Shown here: piece after piece, positions 31,587 to 39,750 of the stretch | Numbering within the stretch: position 1 is the first letter of the stretch | Layout: the number at the start of each line of letters is the position of its first letter | DNA from: Rhodospirillales bacterium | Lineage (GTDB): Bacteria > Vulcanimicrobiota > Vulcanimicrobiia > Vulcanimicrobiales > Vulcanimicrobiaceae | NCBI GenBank assembly: GCA_025359485.1 | Contig: JANYGA010000291.1 | Span: 1 to 44,288 of the forward strand | Direction: 5' to 3' | Length of the DNA: 44,288 nucleotides | The notes under the pieces: generated by a model | Told to the model about the DNA's origin: nothing | Seen by the model: the letters and a program-made list of their open reading frames with translations, nothing else | The model's database searches: none | Made by a program: the position numbers and the translations under genes

Positions 31587-32243
31587 TCAGTCATCTCGGC
31601 TGCGCCCGCCGAATATGGAAAGTAACGCCAAGAAAATGTTGATCGCATCGAGATAGATCGACGTCGCGAGTTCGATCGCGTTCTGGCCACCGCCACCCGC
31701 GCGCACGCGACCGAAATCGACGAGGACGAGCAACGTGAAGACGGCGAGCGTGGCCCACGCGTAGAGGCCGGGATGCAAGAAGTGCGTGAATGCCGAGATC
31801 AAGCCGACGATGAGAAGCCCGATGAGCGCGCCGAACGCGATGCCCGAGAGCTTGCGATAATCGAAGCTGGTAAGGAACACGACCGCACCGAGCACGAGCA
31901 TGCCGAGACCGGTCGTTGCCGCCGCTTGAACGACGACGCCCGAGCCGTCGACGCGAATATAGTGCCCGATCGTCGGCCCGATACCGATGCCCTCGCAAGC
32001 GGTAAAGGCGTAAAACATCAGCATCGAGAGGCCGGGATTGCGGCGCGTCGCCGAAATGCCGATGAGAAACCCGAAACCGACGAGCATCGCGATGAGCGAG
32101 AAACCCGCGGGAAAGCCCTGCGTGAGGTAACTCGTGACCGCGGTGACGAGAAAACCCGCACCGGTGATCCCGAGGACCTGACCGAGCAACGACGCCGAGG
32201 AGACGGTCGGCGCGTCGAATCGCGACTGCTGTTGTCCGTACAT
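31587..32243 (-). CDS. Bax inhibitor-1 / YccA family integral membrane protein
   Basis: The protein is 218 aa with about 7 TM segments, and its layout is typical of the BI-1/YccA family ('LLGQVLGITGAGFLVTAV', 'YAFTACEGIGIGP', C-terminal charged tail 'GGRSRDD'). Confidence 0.85.
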   Translation of the reverse strand: MYGQQQSRFDAPTVSSASLLGQVLGITGAGFLVTAVTSYLTQGFPAGFSLIAMLVGFGFLIGISATRRNPGLSMLMFYAFTACEGIGIGPTIGHYIRVDGSGVVVQAAATTGLGMLVLGAVVFLTSFDYRKLSGIAFGALIGLLIVGLISAFTHFLHPGLYAWATLAVFTLLVLVDFGRVRAGGGGQNAIELATSIYLDAINIFLALLSIFGGRSRDD

Positions 32244-32303
32244 ACGCCTCTCACTACACGCCCGGTCGAGCCCGAGTTTCGCGCCCGCGCCGCGCGCCGA
32301 TCG

Positions 32304-33578
32304 TTACGGTGCGAGTTTGGCGATATCGCTGCGGTAGCTCAAGCGCACGCCGTTGCCGATGCGATGCGCGAGTTCGTCGACGGCCGCATACGCATTCGCA
32401 CGCGCGGCTGCGACGTCGTCGCCGAGCGCACTCACCGTGAGCACGCGCCCGCCGCCCGCATCGACGACCCCGTCGCGCAGCGCCGATGCGCCCCAGAACG
32501 CGACGCGATCGCCCGAGAGCGCGACGTCGGCACTGAGATCGCGAAGCGGCGTGCTGCTGCGCGGATAGTCGGCCGTCGCGAGCACGACGCCGACACACGC
32601 GCCGCCATCGAAGCGCGCGGCATCTTCATCGATCGCGCCGTCGGCAGCCGTTTTGAGTAAGCGCGCGAAATCGCCACGCACGCGCGGCATGAGCACTTGC
32701 GTTTCCGGATCGCCGAATCGCACGTTGAATTCGATGACGTATGGCCCGGTTGCCGTAAGCATCAAGCCGCAATACAGCACGCCGATATACTTTTCGCGAT
32801 CGAGCGCGAGACCGCTCACCACTTTCTCGAGCACGCGCGTGCGAACGACGTCGACGAGATCGTCGGGAAACCCGGCGGGCGGCGAATAGGCGCCCATACC
32901 ACCGGTGTTGGGCCCCGTGTCGCCGTCGCCCGCGCGCTTGTAGTCGCACGCCGATCCGATCGGTACGAACCGTTTGCCGTCGCCAATGGCGAAGATGCTG
33001 ATCTCGCGGCCTTCGAGTCGCTCTTCGAGCAACACGTCGCTTCCGCCACCGGGCACGCCCGCGCCGCCGTACCATTCGCGCAAGACCGAAAGCGCACTCT
33101 GCGCGTCGGGCGTCACGACGACGCCTTTGCCGGCCGCAAGCCCGTCGGCTTTGACGACGCATTCGCCGCGCCACTCCGCAAGCGTTTTCACCGCCGTCGC
33201 GAGTGAATGGACGACGCGCGCTTTGGCCGTCGGAATGCCGTGGCGTTCCATAAAACGTTTCGAATAGATCTTACTCGATTCGAGCCGACCGACCGCGCGA
33301 CCGGGGCCGAACGTCGAAATTTTCGCCTCGCGCAAGCGATCGCCGACACCCGCTGCGATGGCGGTCTCGGGGCCGAGCACGACGAGATCGATCTTCTCCG
33401 CAACCGCGCGCGCGACGAGCGCCTTCCCGTCGGTTGCGTTGATCGGCCAATTCTCGCCGCGCGTCGCGGTGCCCGCGTTTCCGGGTGCCGCGAAGATCGC
33501 ATCGCACGACGGCGATTGCGCGAGACGCCACGAGAGTGCGTCTTCGCGCGCACCGTTACCGACGACGAGGATGCGCAT
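32304..33578 (-). CDS. purD: Phosphoribosylamine-glycine ligase PurD
   Basis: I chose the ATG at 33578 (MRILVVGNGAREDALSWRLAQS). The ORF-track start at 33833 would overlap guaA. ATP-grasp strings include 'VVKADGLAAGKGV' and 'EFNVRFGDPETQ'. Confidence 0.95.
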   Translation of the reverse strand: MRILVVGNGAREDALSWRLAQSPSCDAIFAAPGNAGTATRGENWPINATDGKALVARAVAEKIDLVVLGPETAIAAGVGDRLREAKISTFGPGRAVGRLESSKIYSKRFMERHGIPTAKARVVHSLATAVKTLAEWRGECVVKADGLAAGKGVVVTPDAQSALSVLREWYGGAGVPGGGSDVLLEERLEGREISIFAIGDGKRFVPIGSACDYKRAGDGDTGPNTGGMGAYSPPAGFPDDLVDVVRTRVLEKVVSGLALDREKYIGVLYCGLMLTATGPYVIEFNVRFGDPETQVLMPRVRGDFARLLKTAADGAIDEDAARFDGGACVGVVLATADYPRSSTPLRDLSADVALSGDRVAFWGASALRDGVVDAGGGRVLTVSALGDDVAAARANAYAAVDELAHRIGNGVRLSYRSDIAKLAP

Positions 33579-33586
33579 GTTCGGTC

Positions 33587-35161
33587 CTACTCCCACTCCA
33601 CGGTCGCCGGCGGTTTGGAAGTGATGTCGTAGGCGATCCGGTTGACGCCCGCAACTTCGTTGACGATGCGCGTGCTGATTTTTTCGAGCAACGCATGCGG
33701 CAGACGCGCCCAATCGGCCGTCATCCCATCTTCGCTCGTAATCGCGCGAACCGCGACGAGATTGGCATACGTCCGACCGTCGCCCATCACGCCGACGCTC
33801 TGCAACGGCGTGAGCACCGCGAAGTATTGCCACGGCTTGGGATCGAGCGTTGCCGCTTCGATTTCGTCGGTGACGATTTTATCTGCGGCGCGCACGGTCT
33901 CCACACGATCGGCCGTCACTTCACCGAGCACGCGAACCGCGAGCCCGGGTCCCGGAAACGGCTGGCGTTGGACGATGGCATCGGGAAGGCCGAGCACGCG
34001 GCCGACTTCGCGCACTTCGTCTTTGAAGAGCGCGCGCAACGGCTCGACGAGCGTGAGCGCCATGTGCTCGGGGAGACCGCCGACGTTGTGATGGGATTTG
34101 ATTTTGTGCCCCGCTTTGCTGCCGGGCGTTTTGGATTCGATGACGTCGGGATAGAGCGTGCCCTGCACGAGAAATCCGACATCGGTTAACTTGTTCGCTT
34201 CTTCTTCGAAGATCGCGATGAATTCGTGGCCGATGCGGATGCGTTTTTCTTCGGGATCGATCACGCCCGCGAGACGCGCGAGAAAACGTTCGCGTGCATC
34301 GACGCGTACGACGTCGAGATGGAGCACGTCGCGAAAAGCCGCGACGACCGCATCGCCCTCGTTCGCACGCAAGAGACCCGTATCGACGAAGATACACGTG
34401 AGCTGCGTGCCGACGGCGCGCGCGACGAGCGTCGCAGCGACCGCCGAATCCACGCCACCCGAAAGCGCGCAGATCACGCGACCACCGCCGACTTGCGCTT
34501 TGATGTTCGCGATCGTCGTGTCGACGAACGAATCCATCTTCCAGGCGGCGGCGATTCCCGCAATCTCGTGCAAGAAATTCGCGATGACGGATTTGCCGGC
34601 ATCGGTGTGCACGACTTCGGGATGGAATTGCACGCCGTAGAGTTTGCGCGTCGCATCTCCGATCGCGGCCTGCGCGCATCCCGTCGTGCGCGCGAGCGTC
34701 GCGAAGCCCGGTGGCGGCGCGACGACCGTATCGCCGTGCGACATCCACGCGCGGCTCGTCTGCGCGACGCCCGCGAAGAGCGGCGATTGCGCGACGACTT
34801 CGAGCGTGGCGGCGCCGAATTCGCGATGTTGCGACCGCACGAGCGTGCCGCCGAGTTCGCGCGCCATGAGTTGCATGCCGTAGCAGATGCCGAGCACGGG
34901 AATGCCCGACGAAAAGACGCGCGGATCCACGCCGAGAGCATCGGGTGCGAGCGTACTTTCGGGGCCGCCGGTCAGCACGATTGCGGCTGGCTCGCGAGCG
35001 GAGATCGCCTCCCACGACGCATCGTGGGGCAAGATCTCGGAGTAGACGTCGGCCTCGCGAACGCGACGCGCGATCAACTGACTGTACTGCGCGCCAAAAT
35101 CTAAAATAACGACCGTCGCCGTCCGTACCGGCGCAATCGCGTTGGGTTGGGTCACCATCAC
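33587..35161 (-). CDS. guaA: GMP synthase (glutamine-hydrolysing) GuaA
   Basis: Motifs are '[20 protein letters not shown]', the GATase Cys 'GICYGMQLM', the PP-loop '[10 protein letters not shown]' and the C-terminal 'PPATVEWE'. The start is GTG at 35161 or ATG at 35158. Confidence 0.95.
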   Translation of the reverse strand: MMVTQPNAIAPVRTATVVILDFGAQYSQLIARRVREADVYSEILPHDASWEAISAREPAAIVLTGGPESTLAPDALGVDPRVFSSGIPVLGICYGMQLMARELGGTLVRSQHREFGAATLEVVAQSPLFAGVAQTSRAWMSHGDTVVAPPPGFATLARTTGCAQAAIGDATRKLYGVQFHPEVVHTDAGKSVIANFLHEIAGIAAAWKMDSFVDTTIANIKAQVGGGRVICALSGGVDSAVAATLVARAVGTQLTCIFVDTGLLRANEGDAVVAAFRDVLHLDVVRVDARERFLARLAGVIDPEEKRIRIGHEFIAIFEEEANKLTDVGFLVQGTLYPDVIESKTPGSKAGHKIKSHHNVGGLPEHMALTLVEPLRALFKDEVREVGRVLGLPDAIVQRQPFPGPGLAVRVLGEVTADRVETVRAADKIVTDEIEAATLDPKPWQYFAVLTPLQSVGVMGDGRTYANLVAVRAITSEDGMTADWARLPHALLEKISTRIVNEVAGVNRIAYDITSKPPATVEWE

Positions 35162-35267
35162 TTCGGTGGTTCTGCAACGCTCCGAAGCCTTCCCCGACCG
35201 GACTCGAGGCGAGCCTTGAGTCAGGATTCAGGCGAACCTGAATCCAACGCAGGCATCGCTTCGAGCG
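35161..35267. promoter_or_regulatory. Structured RNA-like element (three helices plus an alternative helix) in the guaA / methyltransferase divergent intergenic region
   Basis: The closing helix pairs 35178-35188 (cgctccgaagc) with 35258-35267 (gcttcgagcg): 10 bp with 1 bulge. Hairpin A is 35224-35232 / 35237-35245 (ggattcagg-cgaa-cctgaatcc, 9 perfect bp). Hairpin B is 35203-35209 / 35214-35220 (ctcgagg-cgag-ccttgag, 7 bp). An alternative helix pairs 35161-35166 (cttcgg) with 35182-35187 (ccgaag). It competes with the closing helix and covers the nucleotides immediately 5' of the guaA start codon. Confidence 0.35.
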
Positions 35268-35286
35268 TGTTACAAACGCGGCATGC

Positions 35287-35751
35287 ATGGATAGCGACGA
35301 TCGGCCCGCCGTTTCGGTACCGCCGCCCCTGATCTTCGGCGTGGCACTCGGCATCGGGCTCGCCCTCGGTCGCACACCAAAAGACGCGAGCCCGCGCAGC
35401 CGGATCGTCCGCGCGCTCGGTACGGCCTCGGTCCTCGCGGGAGCCGCACTCGGCATCGCCACGCTCGCGACCCTGCGCGCGGCCGGCACGACGGCGAATC
35501 CATACGGTCGTGCGAGCGCGCTCGTCACGCACGGACCCTTCGTCTGGACGCGCAATCCCGCGTACGTCGGCGCGACCTCGATCTTCGTCGGAGTCGCGAT
35601 GCGCGAGGGCTCGCTTCCCGCGCTCGTGATGTTACCGATCGCGCTCGCACTCGTCGATCACCACGTGGTCGACGCCGAGGAACGCTATCTCGCGCGCACG
35701 TTTGGCGAAACGTACGACGACTACGCGCGCAAAACGCCGCGTTGGTTTTAG
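35287..35751 (+). CDS. Isoprenylcysteine carboxyl methyltransferase (ICMT/PEMT-like) family membrane protein
   Basis: It has several TM segments and the family core 'LVTHGPFVWTRNPAYVGA..' with a C-terminal 'EERYLARTFGETYDDYARKTPRW'. Confidence 0.75.
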   Translation: MDSDDRPAVSVPPPLIFGVALGIGLALGRTPKDASPRSRIVRALGTASVLAGAALGIATLATLRAAGTTANPYGRASALVTHGPFVWTRNPAYVGATSIFVGVAMREGSLPALVMLPIALALVDHHVVDAEERYLARTFGETYDDYARKTPRWF

Positions 35752-35758
35752 GAGACGT

Positions 35759-35968
35759 TCACGGCCCGCGGCGCAAGCGTTCGTCGAAGCCTTCGAAGGC
35801 GGCGTAGAACGCCGAACATGCGACGACCGCGCATGCGAGGGTCCCGACAACCGCGGCCCATACGGGCGCGTACGCAACCGCGATACAAGACCCGATTACG
35901 ACGATCGTGGCGGTGCCCGCAATGATTCGCGTCATGCGCAAAATCGCGCCGCGCCGCTCCGGCGTCAC
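35759..35968 (-). CDS. Hypothetical small membrane protein (two predicted TM helices)
   Basis: The 69-aa protein contains 'IIAGTATIVVIGSCIAVAYAPVWAAVVGTLACAVVACSAFYAAF'. Its GTG start lies 6 nt after the stop of the purP paralogue. No family is recognised. Confidence 0.35.
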   Translation of the reverse strand: MTPERRGAILRMTRIIAGTATIVVIGSCIAVAYAPVWAAVVGTLACAVVACSAFYAAFEGFDERLRRGP

Positions 35969-35974
35969 GCGCGG

Positions 35975-37111
35975 CTAGGTGAGAACGTCGGCCAGTCGAT
36001 CCGCATCGCGTGCCATCACGACTTCCATCGCGATCCGCTCGCCGACGGAGACGTCGCGACCCCAAAGGTAGGCGCTATACGGCGTATAGCGCGTGCCGGG
36101 CGAACCCGGAATGCGCAGCGAGACATCGTACACGACGAACGCTTTGGGCGGCCCGGCTACGATGATGCATTGCAGCGCAAAGGGTCCGATGACACCGGGC
36201 GCATTGGCTTCGCGCGCCGCGACGACGAAACGTTCGCCGATTTCGAAGGCTTTTTCGAGCATCGATTCGGTCAGCGTCGTTGCGATATGCCCAGCTTCTT
36301 CCATTCGAACCGGAATCGAAGCTGCAGCCGCGAGCTGGGACGGTGGTAAACTTTTGAGGCCGTCGAGGTTGGTCTGGCGTCGCGTGTCGGTCCCCAAGAG
36401 TTCGAGTTCGCCGAGCATCGGTGAGTAGAAAAAATTGAGGTTGACGCTCGGCCCGAGCGCATATTCCTCGATGCGCGCGGCGGCGAGCCCCGCAGGCGTC
36501 ACCATTCCGGCTGCGATCATCTTCTGGGCCTGCGCTTCGTAATTCGCGGGGGAATCGCAGAGGAAAAACGCGCGCTCGAAGGTCACGGTCGCGTGCGCGG
36601 CTTTCACCATCACCAAGCGATCGATTTCCGACGGTGATGCGAACGTGCGCGGATAGCGAATGCCCGCGCGTTCGAGGAGATCGTATTGATTTGCGGGTTC
36701 GTCCCGCTCTTCGGCACGCAACAACCTACGGTTCCCAAAGAACGGAATCTGCATTCGGCGCTCGATCTCGTCGTAGGAAAACTTTTCGTGGAGATAGACT
36801 TCGAACGAGCGATTGGCGACGAAGATCGCGTTTGCGTCGAGCAGCTTCGCCTGCACGTCGTCGTCGAGGAGCTTCGCGAACGTTTCGAGATGGAGCGTAG
36901 CATCGACGCACCCGCGCGCGGGCGCTTCGCGTCGTGCGTAATAGGTCGCGTACGTGCGCTCCCGACCGTCGGCCGTCACGATGAGATTGCGCAAGCCTCG
37001 GGCGCGCGCGCCGAAGGCGACGTCGAGCGCGGAATGGCTCCCGACCGAACACAGCGCGAGCGCGGCGCGATCGTAGCGCGCGAGCGCCGCGGCAACGCGA
37101 GGATCCGACAT
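35975..37111 (-). CDS. PurP-family ATP-grasp protein (diverged paralogue of 5-formaminoimidazole-4-carboxamide ribonucleotide synthetase)
   Basis: I chose the ATG at 37111 (MSDPRVAAALARYDRAALALCSVGSHSALDVAFGARARGL). It overlaps the upstream stop as TAATG. It is collinear with the PurP at 38240-39304: 'GSHSAL', 'IPFFGNRRLL', 'EEYALGPSVNLNFFYSP..GELELLGTD.R.QTN' and 'PFALQCII'. Confidence 0.8.
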   Translation of the reverse strand: MSDPRVAAALARYDRAALALCSVGSHSALDVAFGARARGLRNLIVTADGRERTYATYYARREAPARGCVDATLHLETFAKLLDDDVQAKLLDANAIFVANRSFEVYLHEKFSYDEIERRMQIPFFGNRRLLRAEERDEPANQYDLLERAGIRYPRTFASPSEIDRLVMVKAAHATVTFERAFFLCDSPANYEAQAQKMIAAGMVTPAGLAAARIEEYALGPSVNLNFFYSPMLGELELLGTDTRRQTNLDGLKSLPPSQLAAAASIPVRMEEAGHIATTLTESMLEKAFEIGERFVVAAREANAPGVIGPFALQCIIVAGPPKAFVVYDVSLRIPGSPGTRYTPYSAYLWGRDVSVGERIAMEVVMARDADRLADVLT

Positions 37112-38271
37112 TACGACGACGCGAGTTCTTGCGCTTGACGCGAGTTTGCGTATTGCACGAGAAGCGTCGTCTTCAACCGGCCCGCAGCGTCTTTCGTCTT
37201 CTCGGTTTCGACACGCTGCAGCAGACGAAACGCATCGAGCAACGTACCCGGCAACGTATAATCGTGCGGATATTGTTTCTGCCAATCGGCGATGGCGTTC
37301 TCGACCTGCAACGCATCGCTCTCCATCCGATAGCCCCAGCCCTTGTCGAGATATTTATTGATCCGCACGACTTCGTTGCGTACGCCGATCGGCGAAAATT
37401 TGAGGTTGCCGAAATATTCGTCGGCGGGCGCGGTGCGCGTAAGTTTGAGTTCGTGCGGGATCGCGCTCGTTCGACCGATGACTTTGAGATCGGGCGTGTG
37501 CTCGCGCCGATATTCGATCGCGCGCGCCGCCGTCCGGTCGTTGTCGGTAAAGCCGGGATCCGTGAGCGCACTTGCGGCGGTGGCGAACATCTCGCCGTAT
37601 TCTGGATCGGGCACGCGCGTGAGCGGGGTCGCGGGGTCGGCCGCATGTTGGAGCAACGAACTGCGGTACGCGAGATCGTGCGTGAGATTGTATCCTCGCA
37701 CGTCGGCCGTGATGAGTTGTACGAGGGCATCGCCGTCGTGATGGAACGCGTCGGCGTTGGCCTGCGCGTCGGTCTGGGCTTGCGAGGCCAACAGTTTTGG
37801 GTCGTCGCCGAGCGTATTCAGTCGCGCCGCGAGGGACTTCGCCTCGGCTCGATGTTGGGGGTCGCCGTTTTTGCCGACGTACGAGGCCGCCTCCAACACG
37901 TACCACAGCGCCGCGTCGTTGTTCGTGAGGGGATCGTAGTGGAGTTGCGTCGCGACGTCGACGGCGAGGCTCGCGACTTCGCCGTAATTCGGGTCGGTCG
38001 GTCGAAAGAGCGAGTAGGCCCGTCCGGCATCGAAGATCGTCGAGAGGTAGTAGAGCTCGTTTGCAAATGGCCAGTTTTTCGAGGCGCCGGTGTCGTAGGC
38101 CCGACGCATCGTTTGGTACAGCGCTTGAGGATCGGTCTCGATCGCCGCGCGAACCGGCACCATACTCGACACCGAAGAGGCCACGATGAATCCAAGCGCG
38201 GCGACGCCACGCACGACGCGCGTGCGAATCTGCGAAGCGCTACGCAATGCCGGAATCATCGAGCACCGCAT
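37111..38271 (-). CDS. Orphan hypothetical protein with a Sec-type signal peptide, encoded between the two purP genes
   Basis: Its amino-acid composition is natural, whereas the + strand ORF 37129-38301 is an R/G/V-rich shadow. The N-terminus is 'RTRVVRGVAALGFIVASSVSSMVPVRAAIETD'. The mature part has no Cys and I recognise no motif. The start is ambiguous: ATG at 38271 or 38259, or GTG near 38217. The first two overlap the purP 3' end. Confidence 0.6.
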   Translation of the reverse strand: MRCSMIPALRSASQIRTRVVRGVAALGFIVASSVSSMVPVRAAIETDPQALYQTMRRAYDTGASKNWPFANELYYLSTIFDAGRAYSLFRPTDPNYGEVASLAVDVATQLHYDPLTNNDAALWYVLEAASYVGKNGDPQHRAEAKSLAARLNTLGDDPKLLASQAQTDAQANADAFHHDGDALVQLITADVRGYNLTHDLAYRSSLLQHAADPATPLTRVPDPEYGEMFATAASALTDPGFTDNDRTAARAIEYRREHTPDLKVIGRTSAIPHELKLTRTAPADEYFGNLKFSPIGVRNEVVRINKYLDKGWGYRMESDALQVENAIADWQKQYPHDYTLPGTLLDAFRLLQRVETEKTKDAAGRLKTTLLVQYANSRQAQELASS

Positions 38272-39304
38272 GGAGATTGTTCGAGAGTAACGCGTTTTTA
38301 ATCTCGCGTGCGATGCGACGGCCCGTCGACATCGGCTCGCTGTAGTTGAGATACGAATACGGCGATCCATCGATAAATGGATTGGTGCCCGCGACGATGC
38401 GCGCCGAGATCTCCATCACGAAGAACTTCGCTTCGGGAGTGATGATCGTCTCGATGCAGAACGCTCCGAAAAGCCCTTTCTCGCCGCAGATCTCCTGGCT
38501 CACGCGCACCACGTCTTCGCCCATGCGATAGGCTTCGGCGAGCATGGATTCGCGCAAGACCAGCGGCGAGTTGCCGACCACGACGTAGCTCGGATCGATA
38601 TCCATGTGCTCTTGCGCGGCGGCCGGAATGCGACCGAGCGAATCGACGTTGGTTTCGTAACGACGATCCATACTCATGATTTCGAGCTTGCCAGTAAGCG
38701 GCGAATAGAAGTAGTGAATGTAGGCGGGCACGCCGATGATATACTCCTGAAGCATATACTGCTGCGTCAGGTGGCTTCCGCGCGCTTCGAAGTCTTGGGC
38801 GTCGCGAACGAAGAGATAGCCCTTGCCGCCCTGCGCGCCGTACATCTTCACGATGACGGGTCGATCGATTTCGGCTGCGGTGATGAATTGTTGCGGCAAC
38901 GTGAGGTTCGCGCGCGTGAGCCAGTCGCGTTGCTTCTCGCGGCTCGCTTCCCAATCGAGCACGGCCTTATTGCCGAAATACGGTATCTTCATCTTCTTGT
39001 GTTCGTCGAGTGAGAGATACGCGACGAACGAGCCGTGTGGCACGATGATCATCTTGCGCTTCTCGAGCTCGGGCACGAGGTCCATGAACTGCCCGTAGTG
39101 GTCGATGCCGATCACTTCATCGACGAACGCGTACGATCGGTAGAGCCGTTCGGTATCGCGATTGGCGATCGCGAGCGTGCGAAAGCCTTCATCGTGCGCG
39201 CCTTTGAGAATTTGGAGCGCGGAATGCGAGCCGAGCGTCGCGATCGTGTAGAAGTCGCTGGACTTAGCTTGGGCTCCGGTGCGGAGCAGTTCGGGTGCGA
39301 TCAT
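38240..39304 (-). CDS. purP: 5-formaminoimidazole-4-carboxamide-1-beta-D-ribofuranosyl 5'-monophosphate synthetase PurP (archaeal-type, formate- and ATP-dependent)
   Basis: 'YTIATLGSHSALQILKGAHDEGFRTLAI', 'IPYFGNKAVL', 'LQEYIIGVPAYIHYFYSPLTGKLEIMSMDRRYETNVD' and 'GAFCIETII' match the PurP (DUF1246 + DUF1297 ATP-grasp) family. The start overlaps the purS stop as ATGA. Confidence 0.9.
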   Translation of the reverse strand: MIAPELLRTGAQAKSSDFYTIATLGSHSALQILKGAHDEGFRTLAIANRDTERLYRSYAFVDEVIGIDHYGQFMDLVPELEKRKMIIVPHGSFVAYLSLDEHKKMKIPYFGNKAVLDWEASREKQRDWLTRANLTLPQQFITAAEIDRPVIVKMYGAQGGKGYLFVRDAQDFEARGSHLTQQYMLQEYIIGVPAYIHYFYSPLTGKLEIMSMDRRYETNVDSLGRIPAAAQEHMDIDPSYVVVGNSPLVLRESMLAEAYRMGEDVVRVSQEICGEKGLFGAFCIETIITPEAKFFVMEISARIVAGTNPFIDGSPYSYLNYSEPMSTGRRIAREIKNALLSNNLHAVLDDSGIA

Positions 39305-39750
39305 GCAACAGACGCTTTCTGGAACGCGGGATTACAAAGTAGGGTCTCGGTCGCAGCGGCGACCAGATCGACATTGGCGCGCACGCCAGGCGCGCCGTAG
39401 ATGCGCCAGGCGGTAAAACGCTCGAAGGCGCGGACGCCCGGGAGCACGCGGCCGCCCACACGGATGTCGGATGCCGTTTTGGGGCTCGCGAGATCGCCCA
39501 CCCATACTTCACCCGCATCGGGCGTCGCGAGCGCACGGACGCGCATGATGTGTTTGTTGGGATTGAAGAGCGTCTCGGTCGCGCGGACGCGTGTGACGAG
39601 ATCGTTCGCTTCTTCATCTTGCACATCGAAACGGTAGAGATCGGCACGTTCGAGCATCGCGACGCCGACGCCGAGGCGTTGCAAAGTGGCGAGCGCCGTA
39701 CGCGCCTCGTTATCGGGAATGATGAGCGCGACGTCGATGCAGCGAATCAT
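39301..39750 (-). CDS. purS: Internally duplicated PurS (FGAM synthase PurS subunit, two PurS-like halves in one chain)
   Basis: The protein is 149 aa, against about 80 aa for ordinary PurS. Half 1 reads 'VALIIPDNEARTALATLQRLGVGV..RADLYRFDV..TLFNPNKH'. Half 2 reads '..FERFTAWRIYGAPG..LVAAATETLLCNPAFQ'. Both halves end in the PurS-type 'L(L/F).NP' tail. The gene is linked to purQ and purP by ATGA overlaps. Confidence 0.7.
   Translation of the reverse strand: MIRCIDVALIIPDNEARTALATLQRLGVGVAMLERADLYRFDVQDEEANDLVTRVRATETLFNPNKHIMRVRALATPDAGEVWVGDLASPKTASDIRVGGRVLPGVRAFERFTAWRIYGAPGVRANVDLVAAATETLLCNPAFQKASVA

Noticed and set aside
33579-33833. The N-terminal 85-aa extension of the purD ORF-track entry.
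   Set aside because: It overlaps the guaA 3' end out of frame. The canonical PurD N-terminus 'MRILVVGNGARE' starts at 33578.
35161-35267. A classical purine (guanine/adenine) riboswitch upstream of guaA.
   Set aside because: There is a three-way junction, but hairpin A has only a 4-nt loop, so no loop-loop kissing is possible. The conserved junction sequences of the purine riboswitch are also absent. I kept it only as an unclassified structured candidate.
33921-35555. A 544-aa minus-strand ORF overlapping guaA out of frame and extending over the ICMT-like gene.
   Set aside because: It is an Arg-rich shadow frame. The guaA frame has GATase and PP-loop motifs, and the plus-strand ICMT-like ORF has TM segments and the family core.
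37129-38301. A 390-aa plus-strand ORF opposite the orphan secreted-protein gene.
   Set aside because: It has R/G/V-rich composition and no motifs. The minus-strand frame has balanced composition, a signal peptide and stop/start coupling to purP'.
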